Assembly (NCBI GenBank): GCA_951406725.2
Contig: OX597815.1
Span: 176,886,001-176,950,000, forward strand
DNA length: 64,000 nucleotides
Source: Octopus vulgaris
Taxonomy: Eukaryota
Direction of reading: 5' to 3'
This document shows positions 1 through 12,145 of the stretch, in pieces. The position numbers and the translations under genes are program-made. The notes under the pieces were generated by a model that had not been told where the DNA came from, made no database searches, and saw only the letters and a program-made list of their open reading frames with translations. Positions within the stretch are counted from its first letter, which is position 1, and each line of letters opens with the position of its first letter.

Positions 1-300
1 ATTTAGTTTCAGATTTCGAATCCCCTCAATGTTGTCTTACCTTTCCATCCCTTACATATCGATAAAATATTTCACCAATCAAGGGCTATTGTCAATGCAA
101 CTGAGCAAATCCCTTCTTCAACGTCTCATCTCTTACGATTTCTTAGAAACAAAGAATCGCTAGGAAGCCTATATTTGTTCTGCAACTTTACATTCTGCTT
201 TGAATTTCCACCCCAATATTGATAAAATAAAGTATATGCCACGATGTAGGGTCGATATATTATATCTATGTTATAATAAGTCTTTATTATTATCTCTTTC

Positions 301-707
301 TCTCTTTTACTTGTTTCAGTCATTTGACTGCGGCCATGCTGAAGCACCGCCTTTAATCGAGCAACTCGACCCCGGGACTTATTCTTTGTAAGCCCAGTAC
401 TTATTCTATCGGTCTCTTTTGCCGAACCGCTAATGACGCGGACATAAACACACCAGCATCGGTTGTCAAGCAATGCTAGGGGGAGAAACACAGACACACA
501 AACATACACGCACACACACACACATATACATATATACATATATACGACAGGCTTCTTTCAGTTTCCGTCTACCAAATCCACTCACAAGGCTTTGGTCGGC
601 CCGAGGCTATAGTAGAAGACACTTGCCCAAGGTGCCACGCAGTGGGACTGAACCCGGAACCATGTGGTTGGTAAGCAAGCTACTTACCACGCAGCCACTC
701 CTGCACC
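301..707 (-). mobile_element. SINE family A, full length: tRNA-like head, internal (TA)n(TG)n, conserved 3' tail
   Basis: Minus strand reads ggtgcaggagtggctgcgtggtaagtagc (A box), ggttcagtccc (B box), ccttgggcaagtgtcttc and ends gactgaaacaagtaaaagag. Near-identical to copies at 16378, 23476, 46449 and 55947. Confidence 0.9.
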
Positions 708-1067
708 TATTATTATTATTATTATTATTGTTCGAATGTTTTGAGATAACCAGAAACAGTACTGGGTGCCATACCTCTATCATCACACAACGAACGGCAC
801 GTGCAATGCAAATTCTGCTGGGGTTGGGTGCCGCTCTACTATTATTGTTCAGCTTATATGTTAACCTGATATAGCAATCATTTTCTTATAGATCAAACGA
901 AGGTTTAAGTTTATTAGACTATATTCACCACCAAAAACAATGATAAAATAGGTGTTATTTTGTCTCCGAAGTTGGGATCATGCTGGAGCACTGCTTAGTG
1001 TTGGGAAACATTACAAATATACGTCCATTCTCCATTTTTGTCTTATCTACGTTCACTTCGATAAAAC

Positions 1068-1105
<38 letters not shown>

Positions 1106-1107
<2 letters not shown>

Positions 1108-1485
1108 CAAGGAAACATTGTAAAAATGCAGAATGCTAAATTGAAGGAAAATTTTAATGCAAATGGGTGTACGGAAAAAGTTTTTGAAAAATTGATAAAA
1201 TATATAAATATATATTAATTCAAACCGGTTTTCGTCATAATGTGACTCTTCAAGAATTGTAAAGGAAAAAATTAAAAAGAAAAAATTTTTTCCTTTACAA
1301 TTCTTGAAGAGTCACATTATGACGAAAACCGGTTTGAATTAATATATATTTATATATTTTATCAATTTTTCAAAAACTTTTTCCATACACCCATTTGCAT
1401 TAAAATTTTCCTTCTGCATTTTTACAAATTTTCCTTGCTTATCATTTCTCCACGTGCGGTCAACACAACCCTACTATTTATTGAT

Positions 1486-1488
<3 letters not shown>
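1106..1488 (+). mobile_element. Palindromic (TA)n-flanked element with hammerhead-like motif (putative Penelope-like pLTR derivative)
   Basis: Arms 1106-1273 and 1284-1439 are near-perfect inverted repeats (12-bp indel), followed by a ~50-bp unique tail, with (TA)n on both sides. Confidence 0.7.
1299..1340 (+). ncRNA. Minimal hammerhead-ribozyme-like motif (mirror copy on minus strand at ~1217-1258)
   Basis: aattc-TTGAAGA-gtca[catta]tgac-GAAA-accggt-TT-gaatt. Stems I and II pair, stem III is palindromic, and the core has U in place of C3. Confidence 0.55.
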
Positions 1489-1558
<70 letters not shown>

Positions 1559-1562
<4 letters not shown>

Positions 1563-1593
1563 AATCTGTAAGTGTATATGCATATAAACATAC

Positions 1594-1649
<56 letters not shown>

Positions 1650-1688
1650 CAATCTGTAAGTGTATATGCATATAAACATACGTACATA
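1559..1688. repeat. 42-bp direct duplication separated by (TA)n
   Basis: tatcaatctgtaagtgtatatgcatataaacatacgtacata at 1559-1600 and 1647-1688. Confidence 0.85.
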
Positions 1689-1739
1689 AATTGGCACATT
1701 CAAATCGTTTTGAACCGCTGAAATCTACGAGTATTTTTT

Positions 1740-2135
1740 GTTCTCCATTTATTTTCCTTTATTCCTTTCTGTTGAAGAGCGTAGACTCGAACCATAAGAC
1801 ATTCATTTCCCCGAGGGTCAAACTAATACACTAGTTGTTCATACACCTGTCTTCATCTTTTGTTTTTCCATGAATTCCAATTATATTTATATATATATAT
1901 ACATACATATTCATATTCATACACGCACAAAAATATATACATATACTTGTATATTTGTTTGCGTATATAGGTATGTGTGTGTGTCTCTTTCCATCTGTTT
2001 TCTCTCATTCCTTTCTGTAGAAGAGCGTAGGCTCGAAACGTCAAAGACTTATCCATTTTTCTAAGTGTCAAACAAGTACACCATGTTTGTTGTTCCCTCC
2101 CCTGTCTCTGACTTTTGTTTTTGTATAATTTGGAA
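1740..2135 (+). mobile_element. Two degenerate Penelope-like 3' ends with hammerhead-like motif
   Basis: cttt-CTGTAGAA-gagc[gtag]gctc-GAAA-cg-TC-aaag at 2011-2046 and a decayed copy at 1765-1800. Both share the tail cctgtct..cttttgttttt, which also occurs at ~37485-37522. Confidence 0.5.
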
Positions 2136-2225
2136 CAATGTATATATGTGTGTATGTATGTGTGCATGTATGTATGTATATATATATATGTATGTATGTA
2201 TGTTTGCATATATTCTTCTACCATT

Positions 2226-2425
2226 CTTTTATTCTTGTATTTGTTTGAGTCATTTGACTGCGGACATGCTGGAGCACAGCCTGTTAGTCGAAGAAATCAA
2301 CCCCCATGACTTATTGTTTGAAAGCCTGGTACTTATTCTATCGGTCTCTTTTGCTTATTTACAAGGACGTAAACACACCAACATCGGTTGTGAAGTAATA
2401 GTGGGTGGGTGGGTGAGGGACAAAC
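2226..2425 (-). mobile_element. SINE A, 3' half
   Basis: catttgactgcggacatgctggagcac...acttattctatcggtctcttttgc...acaccaacatcggttg. Confidence 0.8.
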
Positions 2426-3085
2426 ATGCACACATGTTTAAGCACTCTTATAAACTGCTCCCCACTACAAACATGAAATATATGTATACATTTGTCTGTG
2501 TACATATTTATACATGTATATATATATATATATATATATGTGGGAGTTATGTGCCTAGCCGCATAAATGCATATTAAACAAGTATGGCTTGTTCCAGTGT
2601 CAAAACTGAGCGTTGCTTCGTTTTGGTTGTGAAGCGTAGATCCTGTCATCAAAATCGTTTTAGCTTTCATCATCCATTTTGTTTTCAGGCAAAAGTATCT
2701 AAGATTGCATGATGTAATATTTCCCTCTAGTTTTTCTTTTCTTTTTTTTTTCTTTTTTTTCTTAGATAAAGTGTGAATTGAGAAAGTTCTGCCTGCTAAG
2801 CTAGCAAACCCACTAATCACATAGTCTCAACAATGGTTCCTTGATCAATTATTTACTGATCCGGTTTTCGCTTGTTATTCAAGCAACAACTGTTCACACG
2901 ACATGGGAATCGTCCACGAATGCTTCATTTATGCCAGTTCTTTGAGATATCAGTTGTCTTGAAATCTTTATTCTGTTACATATTCCAGTCATTGGTTTGC
3001 GACTGTGTTAATATACCGCTTTGAAAGGTTTTCTCGATCAGATCAATCCTCTTGTGTATATTAAATTTAGTAGCTTATTCTATGG

Positions 3086-3150
3086 GTACTTTTAACCTCA
3101 TATCGGGGTACTTTTAACCTCATATCGGGGTACTTTTTGCCTCATATCAG
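3086..3150. repeat. 22-bp tandem repeat x3 inside a decayed SINE A tail
   Basis: gtacttttaacctcatatcggg twice, plus a third diverged unit. Confidence 0.8.
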
Positions 3151-3344
3151 TAAACAGACCAAATTTAGTCGTCAAGCGTTGAGAGGCAAACACAAACCCA
3201 CTCATCACCACACACAAATCACTTTTGGTAGGCTTTTGTGGTGTAGGAAAACGATTCCACAATGTCACACTGAACCGTCTGCGTTAATATGTTTGTAGTG
3301 ATCAAATGATTTTGCCTTTTCGCTCTCCAACACTGTACAATCAA

Positions 3345-3485
3345 CGTAGCCCTGTACATGTAGAAGTGATTGCAGAACAACATGAAATTAAGTGCTTTAC
3401 CCAATAACACAACGCACCGCTCGTTTCGGGAATCGAAATCACAATCTTGCGATCGTGAGTGCGACGCCCTAACCACTAACCACAA
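3345..3485 (-). mobile_element. SINE family C head (tRNA-like)
   Basis: Minus strand reads ttagtggttagggcgtcgcactcacgatcgcaagattgtgatttcgattcc...gttgtgttattgggtaaagcactt, similar to the 21266 copy. Confidence 0.65.
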
Positions 3486-3629
3486 ACATACATTCATTCG
3501 CTCACACATACACGCACGAATGCACACAAGTACACACATACATATTCATGTTGGTGAATGAATGCAAATGTGTGTGTGTGATATACATAAATACACCCAT
3601 TTGATAGTGAGGAAAGCGTCTTGTTTTGT

Positions 3630-4060
3630 AAATCATCCTTCAAATCTGAAGAAAGTCATGCAAATCCTTATGGTCCCAGGTATCATTTGTAGCATAGGAA
3701 TTAAAAAGTTGCATTCTCCCCACAAAGGCCCAAGTTCTGTTATGCTTCATTCCAGGTGAGTTGGTGTGAATCTTGTTCCTATAATAACAGGTATGAAACT
3801 GAATCTTTATATTGGACCAAGGATTTGCAAATTCCCTTTCAATAGTTCATAGACATCTTTCCTCCTTATTTCGCTCACAACATTGAGTTCCAAAGCGCAT
3901 CGGATTTCCACGACAGACCATATTCTTTTTTGTGGTCCCTCACATCAATATCTGTTTGGTTGTGCCTTAACTTGGTGGCTGTTGAAAATTTGAAGTTCCA
4001 CTAATATTCTTTTGGCCCCTCCATCTCAATATAGTCATCTCCGTCTCTGATGGTAACTTC
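3630..4060 (-). mobile_element. Old R4/Dong-like non-LTR retrotransposon fragment (restriction-like endonuclease region)
   Basis: Manual translation across frameshifts: HNQTDIDVRDH/KKRIWSVVEIRCALELNVV...NLQIL...FSFIPVIIG, resembling the HNxPD..D/E..K REL motif. Confidence 0.6.
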
Positions 4061-4084
4061 TTTCTTTTCCTTTTTCGATGTATG

Positions 4085-4258
4085 TTTAATGTCTTCGACA
4101 CAGTTTCTGTTTACCAAATTTCACTTACGTTGCATTAATCGATTCGATGCTATAGTAAAACTCTCAGTTCTAAATGCCACGCAGAGACATCGACACCAAA
4201 ACGAAATAGCGACACCAAAGCGAACTTAACCACATAGTCATGTCTGTGCGTGCGGGTA

Positions 4259-4301
<43 letters not shown>

Positions 4302-4460
4302 ATACACCATACACTCACAAACATATGTAGAGGCTTCAGCACAATTTCTGCCAATCAAATTTTCTCGCAAGGAATTGGTCGGTCCTAGGTTATGGTAGAA
4401 AACTAAATACCTGCAATGGTTGCGAAGCAAACTTCTTTACCGCACAATCATGTCTGCGTT
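4085..4460 (-). mobile_element. Two highly decayed SINE A 5' halves around (TG)n
   Basis: cagtttctgtttaccaaatttcactt...gctatagta and aatttctgccaatcaaattttctcgcaagg...tatggtagaa resemble the family A head. Confidence 0.5.
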
Positions 4461-5199
4461 TACATAAGATCCGAGCAGATCCCCTTTCTGTTTGCGAGAT
4501 TAAATGACTCACAATGACCATGCTATATACGGTTTATTGCCTTTTAGCTTCCGGTCAAATCTGAGTGAAAAACAAAAACAAAATATCCATCATCAAAGGC
4601 ATTCATAATAAGAGCCAGCTTGTTTTATTCATTAAAACTCATTATTTATTATCTTTTTGTTTTTTTAATCAAAACAGTGGATCTTTGACTATTTCATTCA
4701 ATGTAACCTGCTTAACTGAAGATATCAAGGACTCTAAGTGGGTAGTTTTAACTGCTGCATATAACAACTTAAGCACTCGATTTGAATCTCCCTTCTTCAT
4801 GTGTGAAATTATTTGTTTAGTCTCAGCTCAGTTTGATCGAACATATTTAGGAGCCAAATCTAACGGACATTACCTTATCATTAATTCAGACATTGCATAT
4901 TATGTATCATGTCATGCTATCTAGACTTCTATTTTTATGTGAAAGATTTCATTGCTATTTCTAGCATATTGTTCATTAAACGGGTGGAAATATAAAAATA
5001 CGATTTTAACTTCCGATTTAGTTTCGTTTCACTAAATTACCAGCGCAAATGATACAGGGGTCAGCCTGCGCAGTTCCTTCCCATATCACGAGTTCGACAA
5101 TATAAAGACCAAGTATGTATCGCAGTTAATTTACTCTAGGATATCCTTTTATACATAGGTATGGTTTCATATCATTATCATATTTTATTCCTCTAGAGC

Positions 5200-5467
5200 A
5201 ATGGTTCTCATTTGGGCTCCATATGACCTTTGGGGTTCCACATGACCCCCTTGGGGGCCAACATGAAATTTTGTTATTAAATTTTCTGTGAAATAGATGG
5301 CTTATACTTCTACAATACAGAAAATATACAATACCTAATGATATTTAATTATCGATATGTGATTCTTTCAAACATCAAATGGCTATGATGGTTCACCCGA
5401 GTAAAATAAAAATCAAGGGAGGCGGGGCGGGGATCCATTTGGTAAAAAAATTGGTCTGGAACCACTA
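5200..5467. mobile_element. Degenerate hAT(Charlie)-like MITE
   Basis: Ends caatggttctca and tctggaaccacta resemble CAGTGGTTCTCAA-type TIRs, preceded by ctctagag. A related element lies at 11355-11620. Confidence 0.45.
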
Positions 5468-6468
5468 CACCACATGCTGAGTTCTGATCCTACCGAAGTT
5501 GTCTTTGCTCTCTCATCTCGCTAATGAATATAACTTCTACAAGTAATTATTCGGGATCAATACAATCATATCTCTTCTGTGAAGGTCAATTTATTCTATA
5601 AGAAAAGAAACAAACAAACAAAAAAAGAAAACTACAGTCCAGACACACACAAATAGACACGGTTACTTTTAATGCTAAGTATTTATTAAATACATCAACC
5701 TCCGCCAAGGCATTTGTAGAAGGATAAGCCTACGCTACACATTCGCACGATGTACCTTAATGACCCAATCACAAATCGATGAGTTAAACCTCTTCTCTTT
5801 TATATCGACCTCTGGGTTTTTAGTTCTTGGCACCAGTTGCTGTTCCATTTCGTATCCAGACACAAACGTTGCCCGCTGCCTGTACCAGAGAGTATGAACC
5901 TGCACCGGCGCAGACCATCTATCTTGTCCAGTGTAAATAGATACGTTGAGTAGTTAAAGTTCAGAGCTGTAAGCTGTGACACTACGATATAATTAACGAG
6001 GTTCCTTAGTTTTCCACTAACGGCACACACACACACACTCTCTCTGACAATCACTTTTGACACACACACGCACACACAACAGTCAAACGCATGCGTAAGC
6101 AAACCACTACAGACACTCTCCACAGACATCCAATACACACACCTAAACATAAACAAAGCACACATACACACAAAGATATAGACACACAGAAGCGCCCCCA
6201 CACACACACGCACGGGACACTGACACACACGCACACGCAGTCTTCTTGTTGCACGCTTTCTTCTTCATCTTATTCTTCTTTAATTACTTCTTTTTTCTAC
6301 ATTTCTTTCGAAGCATTCCTCCTTATTTTTCTTCAACTTTCTTTAAATTCATTTTTCTTTTTCTTATTTCCTCTTTCTTTTCCCATCTACCCGTTACTTT
6401 TTTTCTTTGTCAACTTGGTGCCACTGTAATTGTTCAATGCTGTTTATAATTTTAGTTTTCCGTTCAGG

Positions 6469-6622
6469 CTGTGCCAGACCTTGCTGTTCTTTCGGTTTCT
6501 GTAAATTAAGCTGGAGTAGTTGACGAGCGATGGTGACTTAATCAAATATATCACAGTTATGTGACCGAACCTGAGGTTCGGTTGCCTAATATTTACGCCT
6601 TGTTTCTTGCTTTCGAAGAAAG
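6469..6622 (+). other. Candidate non-coding exon
   Basis: Acceptor ttttccgttcag, donor aag|gtatga, unique sequence, stops in all three frames. Confidence 0.3.
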
Positions 6623-7739
6623 GTATGAACTGCGCCTCCCTCTCCTCCTCTCTAACCCGCCCTCCCTTTCTATCCCCTCCACCCCTCTTTCCGCTTTTGC
6701 TTTCAGAGGTAACAAAAAGCACGATTTTCATGCAATATATTTATTTTCTTCCCCGAAAGTGTAAATAGAAAACAAATGATCTCGTTCAAAGTCACTTTAA
6801 AATATTAGCTCCCAAAATCTTATTTTACAAGCTTCAGGTTGCGACGAACGAATGTCCTCCGGTCCATAACGGAGCATTAAATGTATTTATAAGAAAATAA
6901 AAGTTTAACCGCTTTTCCGTGTTCATTCTGTACCTATATATAGGATTTGTCATTGGGGATAATTACGACAGAGCGACTTCTTTTAACTCTTTAGTTACGA
7001 GGGAATGCTCCCGGAAGATCTGTTCTCTATTATTTTTAGGTAAACCAACTGAGGCACCCGGAGGATCAGTGTCATGTCGAGAAACAACGAAATGCTTGTA
7101 AAGTTGAATTCCCATTAACACGTTTGCTGAAAAAGAGCTTCTCTAAATTTTTGACTAAATTTTAGATGGCATAACACTTCGGATTTAATCATAGGCAAAA
7201 TCATGTTCGATATCAGAAAAAGAGACCTATCACCATTTTTGTTTATCTCCTTGGAAACTGTTTAAAAAATATCTATTCCAGATTTGCATTATTAAAATAT
7301 TTACGCACAGTTGAGCGACTGTTATTCCTCCAAACTCAAATATTCACAAGATCAGTGCTTACGACTCCAATAGCTTTGAGAAGACGATAACGTAATACTA
7401 AGCGACGGCGATCGTGTCATAATATATAGATTAAACATTAGGATATTGCAACATCGCCTGAATACTGAACCCTATTGAAAGCTAAGGAAAGCTATTTCAG
7501 GTACAGTCGCAACATGGGTACAAGGTAAAATGACCGACCCTTCAACTGACCACCGTGCGTGGAGGATAGTTTCTTTTAACGATCCTAAAAAGAGGAGTAA
7601 AGTCGTCATTGGCTGGATTTAAACTTAAAATCGAAAGGGCTGTAATAAAATTCCACAGATCATTTTGCCAGTTACTGGAATCGTTCTATTAGAAGTTGGT
7701 ATTGATGATGGTGACGATGAGGTCAAAAGTTGTGAGGGG

Positions 7740-8025
7740 GGAGCGGGGATTTGATTCTATCGGCATTAGCACTTATCTGGTACTTATTTTGTCGATCCTG
7801 AAAAGATGATAGGCTAAGTTGACCTCGGCGAAATTTGAACTCAGAAAGTAAAGTCGTTCTCGCTGCCTTAAACAAAATCTTAATAACTCTTTCTATTATA
7901 ATCAAAAGTCCTGGTATTTAGGATTTGGCTGGTCGATTACATTGCTCCCCTCCGTACTTCGCTGGTATTTATTTCATTGACCCCGAAAGGATGAAATGCA
8001 AAGTCGAACTCGGTGGAATTTTGCA
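7740..8025 (-). mobile_element. Two decayed SINE B fragments
   Basis: tggtacttattttgtcgatcctgaaaagatg...gacctcggcgaaatttgaactcagaa and gaccccgaaaggatgaaatgcaaagtcga. Confidence 0.7.
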
Positions 8026-9965
8026 CCCTAATAATAAACGTTTATTTACCAAAAGGCGAAGCTGATAACAAGGTTGATCGATATGCAGTTAATCATAATT
8101 TTCCTTCTTGTAATGGGTTGAACGAAATTAATCAATTGTAATAAAGATAGATGGCTTTCATTTATTAAGTGAAAAAACAAAAAAACATAACAGTAAAATA
8201 GAAAGATATTTATTGATGGAATTGAAACCGGATCGCTTAGACGTTTCTCTTGAGAACTTGAACTGACACTGTTAATAGCAAAATGTCAGTGAGCTTCTGA
8301 TGTTCTTTATTTGTATGATTGCTGATACAGCAGATCCTACGGTAATCGTTGTTGCTTAGAGTTGAAGTTTTATGCGACAAACATGATAATCTCATAGGTA
8401 CATAAACAAATTTAACCACACACACACACATACACACATACACACACACAGGCAGAGGCACTTGCATATTCATTAGTGTGTGTGTGTGTGTGTGTGTATT
8501 TTTAGTCTTCTCCGCCAAAATTAATCTTATTTCAGCACAATTTGTTTAACGCTGGGATTAAGAATTTCATTTGATTCGACTTATCTGCAAAACGTTTTGA
8601 TTCTCCGGTAAAATTAAATTTCTTTTAGTTTTAAACGCTCCGTCGACTTCTGTGATCTTTTACAAACTTTATCACATTTTTCTAAGCAAAATAGTATTAA
8701 GAAAAAAATAAATAAATAAAAATTACCCATTTTCCTTCCTTTTCCGATATCAACCTTCAGTTTGTTCTTGTGCTTCCTTTTAAGAAATTTTCTAAAAATT
8801 GAATTCTTCAATCTCAGCTGAAGCTATGACTGAATTCCATCTCTCTGTTTAGGAATTATTCTGTTGCTTTCTGTTACTGTGTTCTAGAATTAAGTGCCAA
8901 CTCAACTGTTTTCGTTTTTACTCTGAGTCCCTGGCATCCTCTCTCTCTCTCTCTCTCTGTTTTTATCACGCTCAGTGCCTGGCAACGTGGGTGGAGATCT
9001 TGATAGATTTCCTTATTATTTTCTCTCCTCTGCTCCTATCAATTCATTTCTGGATCTCTTTAGCGATTTAATTAGTTCAGCATATAATTTTTGAACCTGG
9101 CCGCATTTACTCTGAAACATTTGTCAGTTGGACGTACATCTCCAGTTTGCTTATAACAGCAACAATTGAAAGAAAGCTGTTAGATGCTAATATGCGAACG
9201 GATTCCGTCTGTATACACACGTTTCTCACTGCTCGCCCCACCGTCGTCACTTTCGTAAGTACTAGAGTTTCTCTCTTGACTACCACTGCGTGTATTTGCT
9301 TGTGTGCGTAGTAGTGTGTATTTAAGTGCGTGTGTGTGAAGGTGAGTGTATATGTACCGTCCACTCACTCATTCTCGCTTCCTCACAATGTAGCAGGGCC
9401 AAGTCTTTTACAATAAACACATAAACACACATCAGTATGAAGACAGACAACATCACTGGCAGAGCATCAGGGATGTTCATCTCCCATCACGAATAGTTCT
9501 TTGCTGCAATCATTGGTGTGATAATTTCATTGAAGCTTTTAGATTTGTGAGAAATACACGTAAGGGGTAATCTTCTGTGGAACAAAGACACATTTCGTTA
9601 GAACAGACTGTTTTTTTAAATTTTAAATCTACATTTCACATTTGGTCATCGATAATAATGTCTGTGACAAGGTTGCACCTTCATATCAAGCATTATTGTT
9701 CGGTGGAAGTGCCGTGTAAGCTCTCATTAATGTTAAATCTCATAAAATTTTACAAAGTAGGCAATAAATTAGATTCTTGTATTATACTAACTATAAAAAC
9801 ATTTATTACATTCATAGTACTCTTAGTTTTGTATGCAGATATCTTGCAGTCATATATATTTCATTTTGGAAACCAAAAAAATTAAATAAACAATTTATTC
9901 TCTAAGTCTGGAACTACAAAATAATGAAATCATATTCCTTGTTCACATACACGCACGCGTTCTTG

Positions 9966-10000
<35 letters not shown>

Positions 10001-10211
10001 TAATGATCTAAAGTACGTTTAGACATCGAGTATAACCAACCGAAATTGCAAAGATAATCTGGAACTCGACTGAGGAAAGAAAACCCCGAATGACCCGTCC
10101 TTGTTTTTTCTTGTCCCTTTTTGTGTCATCTGTCTGGATGTTTTGTTTTCGCTTTTTGGTATCACCTAGTTGTCTGGATGTTTTGCGTTCTTGTCCCATT
10201 TTTTTGTATTC

Positions 10212-10247
<36 letters not shown>

Positions 10248-10896
10248 TCATACTTTGTTCATTCTTGAGTTTAAAATGACCACATCTTATATAAATTTAT
10301 AAAGATTTTTTTCTATTTCTTTTTCTAGAGCATGTTATCTGAAGAAAGGGCGATAACATTATGTATCACCTCAAACATGACTGTCTGACTATTGATCTGT
10401 TGGCAACATTCCTATAAATAAAGAGTTGTGTGTCAGTGCGTATATAACATGTATGCACACACACATATATATGTATGCGTGTATATATATATATATATAT
10501 ATATATATGCATAAACGTATCGCTTGGTGTACCTGGGTCGTTATCCTATACTCGAGAATGAGTAAGCAGCTCTCTCTTGATATATATATATATTTATATA
10601 TATATATATATTTAAAGAGGGTGAGAGGCAGGAAGAGAGATAAATTGTATGATCTATTAGCATAAAAAAGTACGTTTAGACATTTATACGTTCAAAATGA
10701 AGAGAATTATTGTAATAACCATGAAACATTGGTATTGTTCTATTAGTGTATGATTCGTCAATCGTGCTACTGAGGCAGAATGAATGTGTTTGACATTTCT
10801 TATGCTTGCTCCAAGATGAACTGGATGTGTATATATATATGCATATATATATCAAATGAAAAACAGAAGATGGAATATATGAGAATTTATTGTTAA

Positions 10897-11000
10897 TCGC
10901 GACAGTTGTTTCGACGCATCTAGCATAGATTCCTTATGGGCGGGATACTCAACAACTAGTTCAGGAGCATCCGGTGGTGCAGATGTATCTCGTCGGGGGA
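10897..11000 (-). ncRNA. Hammerhead-like motif with extended stem II, in a (TA)n-anchored element
   Basis: Minus strand: tccc-CCGACGA-gatacatct...agatgcgtc-GAAA-caactg-TC-gcga. The stem II base has 8/9 pairs and stem III is a near-palindrome. Confidence 0.45.
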
Positions 11001-11354
11001 TAAATTAATACAACTCGTTAAAATGACTCTTCCGCAATGTAACTTTCCGTTTTTAGAGAGAGAAGCAGCCAGACGGAGGAAATATCTTCATTTATATAGA
11101 AGATCAAAAATAAAATCACAGATGGAAAAAAGAGAATCGAACACGCAAAGCAGCGAGAAAAGTCTTTAAAAAAATGCAGATACATCAAACGATGCTTGTG
11201 TATGATTCTTTATCAAGTAAGGAGTGGGGGCTTGCACACAAACACTCTCACTCCCTGAACAACGCTGACAGACACCCCGAAAAAGGAGCTGGTCACACAT
11301 CTTTGGCTGCCTTCGAGTTGCAGGTTTTACATCAAAGATTTTCTCCTCCAAGAG

Positions 11355-11620
11355 CAGTTGTTGTCAACCATTTGTTGCCTATGGACCCCTTTGCTTGATA
11401 TTTTACTCCAATGGAGCCCCACCCACCACAGCCATTCGATGTTTAAAAACTAGTTTCCTATTTTGATGTTCATACATTAATGATAGACGTAGAAATTTTG
11501 TAGATTTTTGTGATAAATAAAGGGTAAATGATCCCTTGGATCTCTGCTGTGGGTACTCAGTTTACTATCTCGCTTGCGTAGTCCCAAAAATCTTATATTA
11601 ACCCCGATTCAGAACCACTA
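11355..11620. mobile_element. Degenerate hAT-like MITE
   Basis: Termini cagttgttgtcaacc and attcagaaccacta, with internal ggacccc motifs as in 5200-5467. Confidence 0.4.
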
Positions 11621-11924
11621 TACTAAAGCGAACTCCTAACACAGATTAGGGGTCACTCACTCCCAGTAATATGCTACACCACGCCTGCTCTCACATGTTC
11701 GTAGTTCTCCGTTGACTGAACCTGTCGTGCCTCTCCATTGTTGAAAATAAGTCAATCCTCGGCGCAGCCGATGTGTTTTCTGCATCAGTCAGCAGTTTGT
11801 CGATAATTACTGCAAGAACTACCGCCGTCTATGAGAAACAGCAGGACCAAGTATTAGACAACCATCGATTTTAATGAGCTCATCCGTGCCTTTGACTGGT
11901 TGTGTGTTTCTTTTTGTCCTGCAG

Positions 11925-12047
11925 GGACCACTCTCCTAAATAAGCAAGCTTAGTGGAGTTGCCATTTTAGCCAGCGACAACCCGACCCTGCAGCAGGCTG
12001 TACTGGATTCGCTATTGCCAGTTGCTTTCACAAGCGAACTATATGAT
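11925..12047 (+). other. Candidate exon (123 nt), probably non-coding
   Basis: Strong acceptor tttctttttgtcctgcag, donor gat|gtatgt, GC-richer unique sequence, early stops in all frames. Confidence 0.35.
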
Positions 12048-12100
12048 GTATGTGTGCGTGTATGCATGCATGCATACACGCATGCGTGTGTATGTGTGTG

Positions 12101-12145
<45 letters not shown>

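Noticed and set aside
473-874. Recurring [44 protein letters not shown]
   Set aside because: Antisense reading of SINE A, recurring with each copy; not a gene family.
3086-3150. Short direct repeats as a possible CRISPR array
   Set aside because: No spacers, eukaryotic context, simple tandem duplication.
4565-4924. 119-aa ORF with an upstream acceptor-like tract
   Set aside because: No recognisable domain, and the 3' part appears to run into decayed repeat sequence.
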